From Pseudobdellovibrio sp. HCB154 (lineage in GTDB: Bacteria; Bdellovibrionota; Bdellovibrionia; Bdellovibrionales; Bdellovibrionaceae), in contig NZ_CP176530.1 of NCBI RefSeq assembly GCF_046267985.1, forward strand, positions 478,881 to 502,880: 24,000 nt of DNA, written 5' to 3'. The notes beneath the pieces were generated by a model. That model saw only the letters and a list, made by a program, of their open reading frames with translations, searched no databases and was not told the DNA's origin. The translations under genes were made by a program, and so were the position numbers. Positions within the stretch are counted from its first letter, which is position 1; the number at the start of each line of letters is the position of its first letter. This document shows, piece after piece, positions 6,979 through 14,803 of the stretch.

Positions 6979-9678
6979 CTATTGAAAACGAGTTAACGCT
7001 TCTTTAAGTGAAACGATTTGTACTTTTGATTGCGCCAGTAATTGGCGGTCGGCGGCGATCACGTCTTCATCAGCATTTGCTACGAACTTTTCGTTAGAAA
7101 GTTTGTTCGTTAAAAGATTGATATCTTTATCAAGCTTTTCAATTGTTTTTTGGATACGTTTTAACTCTTCACCAAAATCAACTAAACCTTCAAGCGGGAT
7201 GATCACTTTTACTTGCGCTTCACGTACTGATACCGGAGCCACGGCACATTTCATTAAGTTACCATCAGCACCGATGTCTAAGTTTTCTAAACGACCGATG
7301 GTCATGATCGCGGTGCGGTTCTCAGATAACGTTTTTTGAACTGAAGCTTCAGTCACGCCTAAACGAACAGTTAACTTCGTAGCTGGGCTAATACGGTTTT
7401 CACCGCGGATATTACGGATCGCTGTGATCACTTCTTTAACGATATCAATTTCATGCTCAGATTTTTTATTACCTAAAGCTAATAGCTCTTTATCGTTCGC
7501 CACTGTTGGGTACTGATCAATGATACAAGCTTCGCCTTTTAGCGGAAGTTTAGCATAGATCTCTTCAGTGATAAACGGGCAGAACGGGTGAAGAAGTCTG
7601 ATCATACGGTTTAGAACCTGTGCCATCACAAGTTGTGTCGCACGTTTTTCTTCTAAGTTCGTTGATTGCATGATTGGTTTTGAAAATTCAATATACCAGT
7701 CACAGAACTCATTCCAGATAAAGTGGTATAATTCTAAAGCGGCTTCAGAAAACTTTTCGCCTTCTAAAGATTCTTGAACTTTCTTTTCCACTTCGCCTAA
7801 TTTTGAAATGATCCATTGGTCAAATACGCTTGTGTGCGCTTTATTTGGTAAAGCCTTTAAACCTTCAGCTGGAATAGGCATATCGGCAATGTTTGATAAG
7901 ACGAAACGAGAGGCATTCCAAACTTTATTCATAAAGTTACGGTAACCCTCTAAACGTTGTTCAGAGAATTTAAAGTCTTTGCCGCTAAATAAATGGGCTA
8001 AGAAGCTAAAACGTAAAGCATCAGCTCCGTATTTATCGATCATATCGATTGGATCAATCGAGTTACCTAAAGATTTAGACATCTTACGGCCTTGGCTATC
8101 GCGCACTAAACCGTGAACGTAAACCGTTCTAAACGGCACATCTTTTTTAAATTCAACGCCCATTACGATCATTCTGGCTACCCAGAAGAAAATAATATCA
8201 TGACCAGTCACTAGGTAATTAGTTGGATAGAAAGTTTTTTGTGTTTCAACCGAGTGTTGGTCTTCATTTGGCCAACCCATAGTTGAAAACGGCCATAACG
8301 CTGAAGAGAACCACGTATCTAACACGTCTTCTTCTTGAGTTACTTTTGTACTTCCGCAGTGTTCACATTTCTCAGGAGCGATTTCAGCTACCGTGTGCTT
8401 TTCACAATCACCGCAGTGCCAAGCAGGAATTCTATGACCCCACCACAATTGGCGCGAGATACACCAGTCTTCGATGATGTTCATCCAGTGAAGGTAAACT
8501 TTTGTCCACGATTCTGGTTCAAAGCGGATTGTGCCTGATTCAACTACGCGTTTAGCAGGAGTCGCCAACTCTTCCATTTTTAAAAACCATTGTTCAGATA
8601 AGAACGGCTCAACCACAGCGTCTGTGCGCGAGCAGTGACCTACCGACATCATGTGTGGTTCTTCTTTAACTAATAAGCCAAGTGCTGTTAAGTCTTCGCG
8701 AACTTTTTTACGCGCTTCTTGAACTTTTAAACCCTGGTAAGGACCAGCGTTTTCATTCATCGTCGCTTTTTTAGTTAAGATATTAATGAAATCTAATTTG
8801 TGAGTTTTACCGATTTTGTAATCGTTAAAATCATGCGCCGGGGTAATTTTCACAACTCCAGATCCGAAATTAAGATCAACATAAGTATCTGCGATGATTT
8901 TAATTTTACGATTAATTAACGGAACGGTAACTGTTTTGCCGATTAAGTGTTTGTAACGTGGATCATCCGGGTGAACGCAAAGGGCTGTATCGCCTAACAT
9001 CGTCTCTGGACGAGTCGTTGCCACTGTTAAAAGTTCACCCGTGCCATCAACCGGGTAGTTGATGTGGTAAAGAGTTCCCTTAACTTGTTTGTGTTCTACT
9101 TCAAGATCTGAGATCGCTGATTCAAGCGGGCCTGACCAGTTCACTAAACGTTGGCCTTTGTAGATTAAATTCTTTTTGTATAAAGAAACGAAAACTTTAC
9201 GAACCGCTTTTGATACGCCTTCATCTAACGTGAATGTGGCGCGATCCCAGTCACAAGAATCACCAAGTCTGCGCATTTGACGGTAAATGCGGTCGCCGTA
9301 TTCGTGTTTCCATTCCCAAACTTTTTCTACGAATTTTTCGCGGCCCAGATCATGGCGAGTCACGCCGCCGTTTTTCTTTAATTCTTTTTCAACAACAGTT
9401 TGTGTCGCAATACCGGCGTGGTCTGTTCCTGGTAACCACATAGCATTGTAACCAGACATACGTTTCCAACGGATTAATAAATCTTGGATCGTGTGATCAA
9501 GCGCATGACCTAAGTGTAAAAAACCTGTGACGTTCGGCGGAGGTAAAATAATTGAGAACGGAGGTTTTGTTGATTGATCTTGAGCTTTGAAATAGCCCTT
9601 ATCTTCCCACTGTTTGTAAACAGTAGCTTCAACATCTTGAGGATTGTAACGGTCAGCTAACGTAGTTGGATTTGTCAT
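6979..9678 (-). CDS. valS: Valine--tRNA ligase
   Basis: ~899 aa. Class I HIGH motif (PPPNVTGFLHLGHAL), KMSKS motif (RKMSKSLGN), editing-domain region and a C-terminal coiled coil typical of ValS. The supplied ORF starts at TTG 9684. ATG 9678 (MTNPTTLADRYNPQDVE) is the more conventional start. Confidence 0.97.
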   Translation of the reverse strand: MTNPTTLADRYNPQDVEATVYKQWEDKGYFKAQDQSTKPPFSIILPPPNVTGFLHLGHALDHTIQDLLIRWKRMSGYNAMWLPGTDHAGIATQTVVEKELKKNGGVTRHDLGREKFVEKVWEWKHEYGDRIYRQMRRLGDSCDWDRATFTLDEGVSKAVRKVFVSLYKKNLIYKGQRLVNWSGPLESAISDLEVEHKQVKGTLYHINYPVDGTGELLTVATTRPETMLGDTALCVHPDDPRYKHLIGKTVTVPLINRKIKIIADTYVDLNFGSGVVKITPAHDFNDYKIGKTHKLDFINILTKKATMNENAGPYQGLKVQEARKKVREDLTALGLLVKEEPHMMSVGHCSRTDAVVEPFLSEQWFLKMEELATPAKRVVESGTIRFEPESWTKVYLHWMNIIEDWCISRQLWWGHRIPAWHCGDCEKHTVAEIAPEKCEHCGSTKVTQEEDVLDTWFSSALWPFSTMGWPNEDQHSVETQKTFYPTNYLVTGHDIIFFWVARMIVMGVEFKKDVPFRTVYVHGLVRDSQGRKMSKSLGNSIDPIDMIDKYGADALRFSFLAHLFSGKDFKFSEQRLEGYRNFMNKVWNASRFVLSNIADMPIPAEGLKALPNKAHTSVFDQWIISKLGEVEKKVQESLEGEKFSEAALELYHFIWNEFCDWYIEFSKPIMQSTNLEEKRATQLVMAQVLNRMIRLLHPFCPFITEEIYAKLPLKGEACIIDQYPTVANDKELLALGNKKSEHEIDIVKEVITAIRNIRGENRISPATKLTVRLGVTEASVQKTLSENRTAIMTIGRLENLDIGADGNLMKCAVAPVSVREAQVKVIIPLEGLVDFGEELKRIQKTIEKLDKDINLLTNKLSNEKFVANADEDVIAADRQLLAQSKVQIVSLKEALTRFQ

Positions 9679-9697
9679 AGGCAATCAGCCTAGCAAA

Positions 9698-10027
9698 TTA
9701 GCCTCTATCAGTCACCATTTGCTGATAACCGCCATCAATCAGATAGACGTTTGTATAACCTTTTTTTTCTAAATCTTTGGCGATACGCTCAGATTGCTTG
9801 CCATCAGGGCATAATAATAAAATAGCGAAGTCTTTGGGGATCTTACGGCTATCTAATTCGCTTTGGGTCTGGCTTTCCGTCAGCATGACCTGCCAAGCTT
9901 CAACGTGCAGCTTCTGAATTGACGTGTACCAAGGGGTTAAATCTGTGCCGTAATTGAAAAATAAAAACGGAACGCGGTTTTCAATTAAATTATTTAACTG
10001 GTAATAGCCAATTTTGTTGTAGCTCAT
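9698..10027 (-). CDS. Single-domain rhodanese-like protein
   Basis: 109 aa. Layout ...FAILLLCPDGKQSERIAKDLEKKGYTNVYLIDGGYQQM, i.e. the rhodanese active-site loop C-x-x-G-x-x-S followed by the GGxxxW/M tail. The ATG overlaps the stop of the upstream MFS gene (ATGA). Confidence 0.75.
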   Translation of the reverse strand: MSYNKIGYYQLNNLIENRVPFLFFNYGTDLTPWYTSIQKLHVEAWQVMLTESQTQSELDSRKIPKDFAILLLCPDGKQSERIAKDLEKKGYTNVYLIDGGYQQMVTDRG

Positions 10028-11253
10028 GCAGTCACCTTTTTGCCGTGATCAGGCAGATCTTTAAAAATCATAAAAATAATCGCTAAGGCAAATAACGTAA
10101 AGCCCCCAGCAAGTACAAACGGCGAACCTTTAAAAGTGCTTTGTAATAAAAAGCCACCAATCGCGGGGCCAATCACACGGCCTAAGGCTGATAAACTTTG
10201 TGTTGTACCTAAGGCAATACCTTGTTCTTCAGGCGGCACTAATAACGAAACGCTTCCCATAAACGATGGATTTGTTAATCCGTGGCCTAAAGAAAGTAAT
10301 GTCATCACAACACCCATCATTGGAATACTTGGCGCAAACGCGATGCCTAAAAGGCCTAGGCCTAATAAAAGTAATCCTGCACATAAAACTTTTCTTTCAC
10401 CCACTTTAGGAAGCAAACGGCGAACTAAAAAACCTTGTGTGAAAACAATAATCACACCGATGTAAGCAAAGCCAAAACTCACTTCTTTGATGTTCCAGTT
10501 AAATTTATCTTTCATGTAGAGAACCAAAGTTGATTCCATCAACGCCATTGAAAGTGTGGCTAGTGCAAAGCCTGTAATTAATGGGCCCACAGTTTTCATG
10601 TGAAAGTAGCGCACAAGGTGAGTAAACTTTTTTTGTTTTTCAGAACTGTTTTTCGCTCTGGTTTCAGCGCTGATCGATTCTTTTAAATTAAAGAACGCAA
10701 AGATAAATGTGAATAAGCAAAGTAGAGCAACGCCATACGCGGAGAAGCTGGCGACGAACCCCATGTCTGAGGACATCGTTTCAGCCCACACCGTTAAACC
10801 ACCGCCGATGGCCGGGCCAAATAAAAACCCTAAACCAAAAGCTACGCCAATTACGGCCATACCTTTTGAACGGTTTTCTGGAGTTGTCACATCTGACACA
10901 TAAGCTGAAGCGGTGGAAATTGAAGCGCCAAAAAAGCCAGTCATGATTCGCGCGATAAAAAGCATTTCTAATGAACGAGACCAGGCTAGAACTAAATAAG
11001 AAATCATTTCGCCTAAAAGGCAGTACATTAAAATCGGTCTGCGACCATAGCGGTCAGAAAGTTTTCCCCAAAACGGAGCAAAGATAAATTGCATGAGTGA
11101 ATAACACGACATTAAAAGACCAGCTACCCAAGGAGTGGCGCCGTAGTGTGTGCTCAGTAGGGGCAGAACCGGAATAATCATTCCGAATCCTAAAAGGTAA
11201 ATAAAAACTGTGAAAAAAATTACGATAAGTGGTTTTGCGTTTGGGTTTTTCAT
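10024..11253 (-). CDS. MFS transporter (12-TM, drug:H+ antiporter/tetracycline-efflux-like)
   Basis: 409 aa, very hydrophobic with about 12 TM segments. MFS motif A (GKLSDRYGRRPIL) lies between TM2 and TM3, and a motif C-like GPAIGG occurs twice. Confidence 0.9.
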   Translation of the reverse strand: MKNPNAKPLIVIFFTVFIYLLGFGMIIPVLPLLSTHYGATPWVAGLLMSCYSLMQFIFAPFWGKLSDRYGRRPILMYCLLGEMISYLVLAWSRSLEMLFIARIMTGFFGASISTASAYVSDVTTPENRSKGMAVIGVAFGLGFLFGPAIGGGLTVWAETMSSDMGFVASFSAYGVALLCLFTFIFAFFNLKESISAETRAKNSSEKQKKFTHLVRYFHMKTVGPLITGFALATLSMALMESTLVLYMKDKFNWNIKEVSFGFAYIGVIIVFTQGFLVRRLLPKVGERKVLCAGLLLLGLGLLGIAFAPSIPMMGVVMTLLSLGHGLTNPSFMGSVSLLVPPEEQGIALGTTQSLSALGRVIGPAIGGFLLQSTFKGSPFVLAGGFTLFALAIIFMIFKDLPDHGKKVTA

Positions 11254-11317
11254 TTTAGCCGATCTGGACCTTTGTCTTCTGCTCTTAGTATATAAACTCG
11301 GTTACACTGATGTGGCT

Positions 11318-12523
11318 ATGAAAAAAACATCCACTACACTGCGTTCTAAGGTGAATTTGGCCCTTCTAGGATTGGCTCTTTTTTCGACTGCTCAGGCTAA
11401 GGCATTTTTTGATCCTTACCAGGTCTATCGCTCGCAAAGATTCGATCTGGCGATTGATACACAATTCTACAAAACGACAGCTAACTTTGATTCAGGTGGT
11501 GAAAAAACAGATCTGCCATTTGAAAACAGCTATCAGCTTATAGATGTGACACCTCAATTGCGTTGGGGAATGTTCCGTGATTTTGGAGTACGCGTGGGCG
11601 GTAACGTCGGAACCTCGGAGTCGGTTGACCCAATTAATACACGTAACAATTCAACTTTTAACCGCATTGATGTGGGTGCTGATTATCAATTGCTCAACTT
11701 TGATTCTTTTCAGACGATCCTAGATTTTGAATATTCGCATCCTATGGAAAAAGTCAGTGAAACTGGCGATGACAGCTTAAACAGCAATGGTGCCAGCGAA
11801 ATTAAACCAACAGCCATTATGCGCATGGATTTAGGAAGTTTTTATCCTTACGCTTACGTGGGCGGAAATATTCGCTCTGAAGGTTTATCAACACTGTTGA
11901 CTTACGGTGTTGGCGGAGAATTTCGTTTTTCTGAATTGGGATTAGGTGCCGCGCTTGATGGTTTTAGTTCAGTTAAAGATGATCAATACACAAATTCGGC
12001 TTCACGTCGTGATGCGGTCACAACACGTGTGAATGGCGGAAGTAAAAGATTTTATTCAATCAATCCAAATGCTTTAGCTGCAGAACTTTTTGTGAATTTT
12101 GCGATGACAGATTTTATTAAGTTTAAAGCTTACGGCGGAGCTGATGTTACCGGTTCAAATTATTCACAAGGATTTTTTGTCGGAGCCGCTTTAACTTTTA
12201 CGCTTGATTACGGAAATAATGATCACGATGAAGAACCTGTGGTTCGTAAAGCGCGTCCAGCGGCGAAGAAAACAAAAGCGAAGCAACCTGTGGATAATGG
12301 ATTTCGTGAAGATACAAACGATGGCGTAGATCAAAATTATTTTAAATCAGTTGATCCAAGTAATGATGATTATGTGCAACCTATTGAAGAAGAGCAGCCA
12401 CCCCAAAATGGAACCAGCTCAAGTGTTAATCCGAACTCTGAATCTTCAACGCAGCAGGATTTAGATCAGCTCGGTTATACAATCAAATTAAAGAAGCTTA
12501 AAAAGAAAAAGAAGAATCAGTAG
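11318..12523 (+). CDS. Exported beta-barrel-like (outer-membrane) protein with long disordered C-terminal tail
   Basis: The supplied ORF starts at 11210 and overlaps the divergent MFS gene. ATG 11318 gives the signal peptide MKKTSTTLRSKVNLALLGLALFSTAQA|KA. About 300 aa show alternating hydrophobic/polar strands and Gly/aromatic-rich turns, ending FFVGAALTFTLDY. A ~100-aa acidic/Ser/Pro/Gln tail follows, ending KLKKLKKKKKNQ. Confidence 0.6.
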   Translation: MKKTSTTLRSKVNLALLGLALFSTAQAKAFFDPYQVYRSQRFDLAIDTQFYKTTANFDSGGEKTDLPFENSYQLIDVTPQLRWGMFRDFGVRVGGNVGTSESVDPINTRNNSTFNRIDVGADYQLLNFDSFQTILDFEYSHPMEKVSETGDDSLNSNGASEIKPTAIMRMDLGSFYPYAYVGGNIRSEGLSTLLTYGVGGEFRFSELGLGAALDGFSSVKDDQYTNSASRRDAVTTRVNGGSKRFYSINPNALAAELFVNFAMTDFIKFKAYGGADVTGSNYSQGFFVGAALTFTLDYGNNDHDEEPVVRKARPAAKKTKAKQPVDNGFREDTNDGVDQNYFKSVDPSNDDYVQPIEEEQPPQNGTSSSVNPNSESSTQQDLDQLGYTIKLKKLKKKKKNQ

Positions 12524-12585
12524 TTCTCTTCAACGGGCAATTCGCCACAGTAGCGTTTCTTATTACAATCATAACAAAATAAATC

Positions 12586-12618
12586 TAGACAAGTTTTCTA
12601 TATCAAGATAACTTGTCT
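12586..12618 (+). promoter_or_regulatory. Candidate promoter (TAGACA-17 nt-TAACTT) embraced by a 9-bp inverted repeat AGACAAGTT/AACTTGTCT
   Basis: Read directly: the repeat arms at 12587-12595 and 12610-12618 coincide with the putative -35 and -10 hexamers, ~27 nt upstream of an SD-preceded small ORF. The hexamers are only moderate matches to the sigma-70 consensus. Confidence 0.25.
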
Positions 12619-12644
12619 TCATTCTTATGAAAGGAGAATCGCAT

Positions 12645-12743
12645 ATGATTACACATTTTAATATTATCGCCTTAGGACTTACTGTCGCAGCCAATGTTGC
12701 TATTTCAGATATGACCGATTCTCCTAAGTCGCAGCAATTCTAG
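12645..12743 (+). CDS. Candidate 32-aa small protein (MITHFNIIALGLTVAANVAISDMTDSPKSQQF)
   Basis: Own reading: strong SD AAAGGAGA ending ~6 nt before the ATG. Hydrophobic N-terminal half and polar tail. Too short for the supplied ORF track. Confidence 0.3.
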   Translation: MITHFNIIALGLTVAANVAISDMTDSPKSQQF

Positions 12744-12978
12744 CAAGAAAGTATGTTTCCCTAGAGGAAAAATGCCTTTAAAGCGGAAACCTGAAAAGTT
12801 AGAAAGCTTCTAACAAGAGAATCAAAAAAATAAAAAGAATGAAATGAAAACGATAATCATTTTTATCGTCTAAGTTTGTTGTGAATTTTTTCGCAGCCAA
12901 TTTCTCATTCTGCAAATCAAAACAAATTAATAATTTTTATTTAACCGCGTTCGGCAACGGGCGCAAAAAGGACTATTT

Positions 12979-13230
12979 ATGAAAAACGCTAAAAACTATT
13001 TAGCACATTATGAAAATTGGGAAAACGTAAACGCGGAGGAGCTTTGGCGCCTTTGGAAAAGTGTTCTCAAGTGTATTAACCTGATCGCTTATTGCCTTCA
13101 CGCTTTAGTGAAATTAGCGATCGGGTTTTTATTAAACGCCAACTATTTGGTAAAACATCACGAATTAGGAAAGCTACCGGAAGAAATCAACGGTAGCTAT
13201 GCTTGCAGCAGGAACTGGGATCTTAGCTAA
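12979..13230 (+). CDS. Hypothetical 83-aa protein
   Basis: The only ORF of at least 60 aa that is confined to the 0.8-kb spacer. AAAGGA SD 6 nt upstream of the ATG. Amphipathic/hydrophobic central helix (CINLIAYCLHALVKLAIGFLL). The stop codon lies inside the loop of a strong terminator hairpin. Confidence 0.4.
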   Translation: MKNAKNYLAHYENWENVNAEELWRLWKSVLKCINLIAYCLHALVKLAIGFLLNANYLVKHHELGKLPEEINGSYACSRNWDLS

Positions 13231-13250
13231 GACCAGTTCCTGTTTTTTAT
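13209..13250 (+). terminator. Rho-independent terminator
   Basis: CAGGAACTGG (13209-13218) pairs with CCAGTTCCTG (13233-13242). The loop region is itself partly self-complementary (TCTT-AGCT-AAGA). TTTTTTATT follows. Confidence 0.8.
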
Positions 13251-13321
13251 TGCTCTCTCTGTCATGTTGTAAATCGTCGTTGGGGAGGGGCGATTTGGTT
13301 TTGGAATTTTATTTTATAAGA

Positions 13322-13807
13322 TTATTCGAGATCCATGTGCTGCATGCGCATTTTCGGCATGTAGGCTTCGGCTTGCTCAAGTAAAGATAAGTGAGCTTGC
13401 GCCATGGCTTTTAGGTTGGCTTCAAATTGCATTCTTGATTTTTTAAGATCAGAAATTTCTTGATAGATTTTACGTAAAGAATCTTTCGCGTCGCGAGTGA
13501 TTGTTTCGGCCTTGTGTTGGGCGTCAGCAATGATTAATTTCACTTCGTGCTCAGTTTCAGTTTTCATTTGATCAGTCATTTTCGTAGCTTGGGTAATAGC
13601 GCTACGTAAAACATTATCGCGGTCACGGTATTCGTGAAGCTGTAATTCTTTTTCTTTTAATTCTTCAGTTAATGTTTGAATTTGTTGCGCCAGGTTTTCT
13701 GTTTGCGCAGCAATAACTGTTAGAAAGTTAACTACTTGTTCAGGATCAAAGCCCATCATCTTACGATCGAAGGTCTTATTTGCTATTTCAGTAGGGTAAA
13801 ATTTCAT
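13322..13807 (-). CDS. divIVA: DivIVA-domain cell-division/polarity protein
   Basis: 161 aa. N-terminus MKFYPTEIANKTFDRKMMGFDPEQVVNFL is the canonical DivIVA lipid-binding head. The remainder is heptad-like coiled coil. GGAGGA SD. Confidence 0.9.
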   Translation of the reverse strand: MKFYPTEIANKTFDRKMMGFDPEQVVNFLTVIAAQTENLAQQIQTLTEELKEKELQLHEYRDRDNVLRSAITQATKMTDQMKTETEHEVKLIIADAQHKAETITRDAKDSLRKIYQEISDLKKSRMQFEANLKAMAQAHLSLLEQAEAYMPKMRMQHMDLE

Positions 13808-13850
13808 TTAATTCCTCCATGAATCAAATTAACGAAACCCGTGGTTCACT

Positions 13851-13878
13851 ATTTTAGTATAGGTAATACTTGCCCCAA
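13851..13878 (-). promoter_or_regulatory. Candidate sigma-70-type promoter for divIVA (TTGGGG-16 nt-TAAAAT on minus strand)
   Basis: Read on the minus strand in the 156-bp proC-divIVA spacer, ~45 nt upstream of the divIVA ATG and preceded by a T8 run (UP-like). Hexamer match only. Confidence 0.25.
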
Positions 13879-13963
13879 AAAAAAGTCGAGTCCAAGGATG
13901 TGCCTATATCCTGTACTTTAGGTTGAGCGACAAAAGTCGTAATGCTTTGTGAGAAAGCCAGAC

Positions 13964-14794
13964 CTACGTCTGGCGGGCGATTTCTTGTGAACGTAAAGCG
14001 GCTTTTTCGAAGCTGATACGTAGGGCGCGTTCGATTTCAAGCTCACGCATTGAATTTAATCCAGCTGCGGTAACGCCTTTTTTAGAAGTGACTCGTTGTT
14101 GTAATTCTTCGATATCAACACCCGCTGATTGCGCAGCTAAAAGTGAAGCGCCAACGAAAGTTTCAATCGTCATCATTTTAGCTTGTTCAGGTGTAAAACC
14201 GTGTTCGATGATCCAATCTTGCCAGTACATCATCATTTCAAAAACAAAGCCTGTACCGCTTGAGCATGAAATCATTAAAGCATCGAATTGATCTTCAGTT
14301 TCTAATTCTAAAATAACACCTAAGCCAGAAAATAAGTCTTTCGTGATTTCAGTGACAACTTCATCTTTTTTATTCGCTAAAACACCTAAAACACCGCGGC
14401 CAATTAATGACGGCGTGTTTGGCATTAAGCGAACCAAGCGTGGTTGTGGAATCATTTTTTGTAATGAACGCATAGTGATTCCCGCAGCTAACGAGATCAC
14501 GATTTGGTTTTCGTTAAACGCCGAAGCCAGGTTGGCCATGGCTTGTGGAAGATCTTGCGGTTTCATTGCTAAAATAACAATGTCACACTCTTCGACGATC
14601 TGTTCATTATGTTCACGCGTTTGAATTTGATATAATTCTTTTAACTTAAGAGGCTTACCCGGAGTGCGGTTTGAAACCAAGATTTGATCTGGTCTTAATA
14701 ACTTTGACTCTACCATTCCTTTGATAAGAGCCTGAGCCATGTGTCCTGCGCCGATGAAACCAACTTTGTACGTCTTAAGTAAAGGATGAGTCAT
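13964..14794 (-). CDS. proC: Pyrroline-5-carboxylate reductase
   Basis: 276 aa. N-terminal Rossmann motif VGFIGAGHMAQALIKG, MPNTPSLIG and C-terminal TSKKGVTAAGL, typical of ProC. Confidence 0.93.
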   Translation of the reverse strand: MTHPLLKTYKVGFIGAGHMAQALIKGMVESKLLRPDQILVSNRTPGKPLKLKELYQIQTREHNEQIVEECDIVILAMKPQDLPQAMANLASAFNENQIVISLAAGITMRSLQKMIPQPRLVRLMPNTPSLIGRGVLGVLANKKDEVVTEITKDLFSGLGVILELETEDQFDALMISCSSGTGFVFEMMMYWQDWIIEHGFTPEQAKMMTIETFVGASLLAAQSAGVDIEELQQRVTSKKGVTAAGLNSMRELEIERALRISFEKAALRSQEIARQT

Positions 14795-14803
14795 ATAAAA
14801 AGA

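Noticed and set aside
6973-6986. TGGCAC...TTGA resembling a sigma-54 -24/-12 element
   Set aside because: Only 3 nt separate TGGCAC from TTGA, whereas the consensus has 5 nt before TTGC. The -12 element is TTGA rather than TTGC, and it points into the 3' end of the convergent valS gene.
7103-9443. Four plus-strand ORFs (64-78 aa) inside valS
   Set aside because: They are nested antisense within a gene with unmistakable ValS motifs. No SD and no recognisable domains.
9679-9684. TTG 9684 as the valS start (supplied ORF)
   Set aside because: ATG 9678, two codons downstream, is the conventional choice and aligns better with typical ValS N-termini. The difference is trivial and unresolved without data.
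10136-10903. Plus-strand ORFs (109 aa and 64 aa) inside the MFS transporter gene
   Set aside because: They are antisense to a continuous 12-TM coding frame. Pro/Lys-rich mirror translation is typical of antisense to hydrophobic genes.
11210-11317. N-terminal extension of the beta-barrel-like ORF (supplied start at 11210)
   Set aside because: It would overlap the divergent MFS gene start by 44 nt and place 36 non-signal residues before an otherwise perfect signal peptide. ATG 11318 is preferred.
13199-13384. 61-aa plus-strand ORF spanning the terminator and the 3' end of divIVA
   Set aside because: It runs straight through a strong rho-independent terminator and overlaps divIVA antisense, with no SD.
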